DNA from: Carcharhinus longimanus
Lineage: Eukaryota
Length of the DNA stretch: 64,000 nt
Direction of reading: 5' to 3'
Assembly: GCA_030264375.1 (NCBI GenBank)
Contig: JASCQW010000027.1
Location: forward strand, 80,674,182 to 80,738,181
In this document: positions 62,716-64,000 of the stretch, piece after piece
How the letters are laid out: the number at the start of each line of letters is the position of its first letter
Position numbering within the stretch: the stretch's first letter is position 1
Position numbers and translations under genes: made by a program
The notes under the pieces: model-generated
What the model was told of the DNA's origin: nothing
The model's database searches: none
The model's input: only the letters and a program-made list of their open reading frames with translations

Positions 62716-64000
62716 GAGCAATTGCTTCAGAGCAATTCCTTGCATTAATTTTTAAATGAGGCGGGTCTCAATTAAAGTTATAATAATTGGACTATTTGCT
62801 ACTGAACCTGTGACACACTTGAAACAATCATAGCTTAAAAAACATGTTTTGGGAAAATAGATACAAGACAAAAATGTTGTGGGCAATTCAGAGTTTGTGG
62901 GATTACGAATTGACGACTCATTTATATCGCTCCCGATTTTTATTTCTGCTCATCGAGGAGGATTCACTTTGTTCAGTAGATTATTTGCCCTTCTGTGTCT
63001 TGTTATTAGCATTGAAGACATTTATGGCCCAATAGCTGGAAGAAAATAACATTTCTGTGAATACAAGAGGAGTTTTAAAGGAGTTATTATTTGAGACTGC
63101 TCTTGTACTGGTAATGCGAAATGACTGCTCTTGAAGCTACACAAGCAGAGACTCATCCATGCAGGTCAAGTGCAGATATGGAACATTTCCAAAGGGCTAG
63201 CTTCATATGTGTTAGGAAATTTCCATTCAGCCCCTTCTTTCACAAGTGCACCGTGGCAGCACTGTGCACTATTTATATGATGTATTGCAGCAACTCTAAA
63301 GGCTCTTACAACACCTTCTAAACCTGCCATCTCTACTGCCCAGAAGAATAAGGGCATCAGGCATGTGGGAGCACCAACTTAACTTTTACCTAATATGCCG
63401 TCCTCTCTTGGAAATATAATGCTGTTATTCCATTTTCCTCCGTAATAGCACTGTGGGTGTACCCAAACCACATGGACTGCAGCAGATCATGAAGGCAGGT
63501 TACCACTGTTGTAAGCTTGAGGACAGCAATCTTCATTAGTGTGTGTTTCTGTGAGAAGCTTTTATTGAACTGATCTGAAGGTGTGTGCCTCCAGGGGCAG
63601 AATCTTCATGGCTGAATCACATGACTATGGGAAGCCTAAAGTGTCAATCAGACCAGTTACATTTCAAAACTCAAACATCCTTTTTTTCATATTGAATTAA
63701 AGATGCAAACATCCTCTTTTTCCCAGCCAATGAAAGATACCCTTGCATACATGATAGTGTGTGACTGGACGATACCCAAGTTTCCCATTATACACACATT
63801 TCCCATACATTAACACTACTTCTTCTACCAGACAGTTACTGTACATGCATTGTGCACATAATCTTCAAATTGTCCAGGTTTCTTAATGGTTCATATGTGC
63901 ATTGACATTGGCTGCTTGTCTGGGTGATGTTCCATGTGTAGAGTATTGTTCCCATGACTCTTGCTGCCTTGGTAACTATTGTTATCCCATTGCAGTTGTT

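Overview
Repeat-rich eukaryotic DNA from a cartilaginous fish (shark-type HE1/V-SINEs, Deu-domain SINEs, CR1, L2 and Rex1 LINEs), in a gapped draft assembly with many 100-N placeholder gaps. No host protein-coding gene can be named. Nearly all listed ORFs are decayed transposon fragments, GC-rich MITE read-throughs or N-spanning artefacts. Best-supported large elements: a near full-length decayed Penelope-like element (PLE) with pseudo-LTRs and a 10-bp TSD inside a CR1 (41146-44160), a decayed Gypsy pol split by a nested 4.6-kb insertion (48.4-55.6 kb), solo LTRs, PIF/Harbinger-, hAT- and piggyBac-like MITEs, and a probable decayed Harbinger Myb/SANT gene (19.7-22.0 kb). The most interesting signal is a set of very small PLE-derived insertions, three of them with 12-bp TSDs, built around minimal type I hammerhead ribozymes and often arranged as fold-backs. 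One copy (47846-47884, minus strand) has a complete core with a U3:A8 covariant pair. Two CpG-retaining unique segments (about 12.2-12.95 kb and 27.76-28.1 kb) look like minus-strand promoter/first-exon candidates. Repeat family names come from motif recognition by eye, not database searches, and boundaries without a TSD are approximate.
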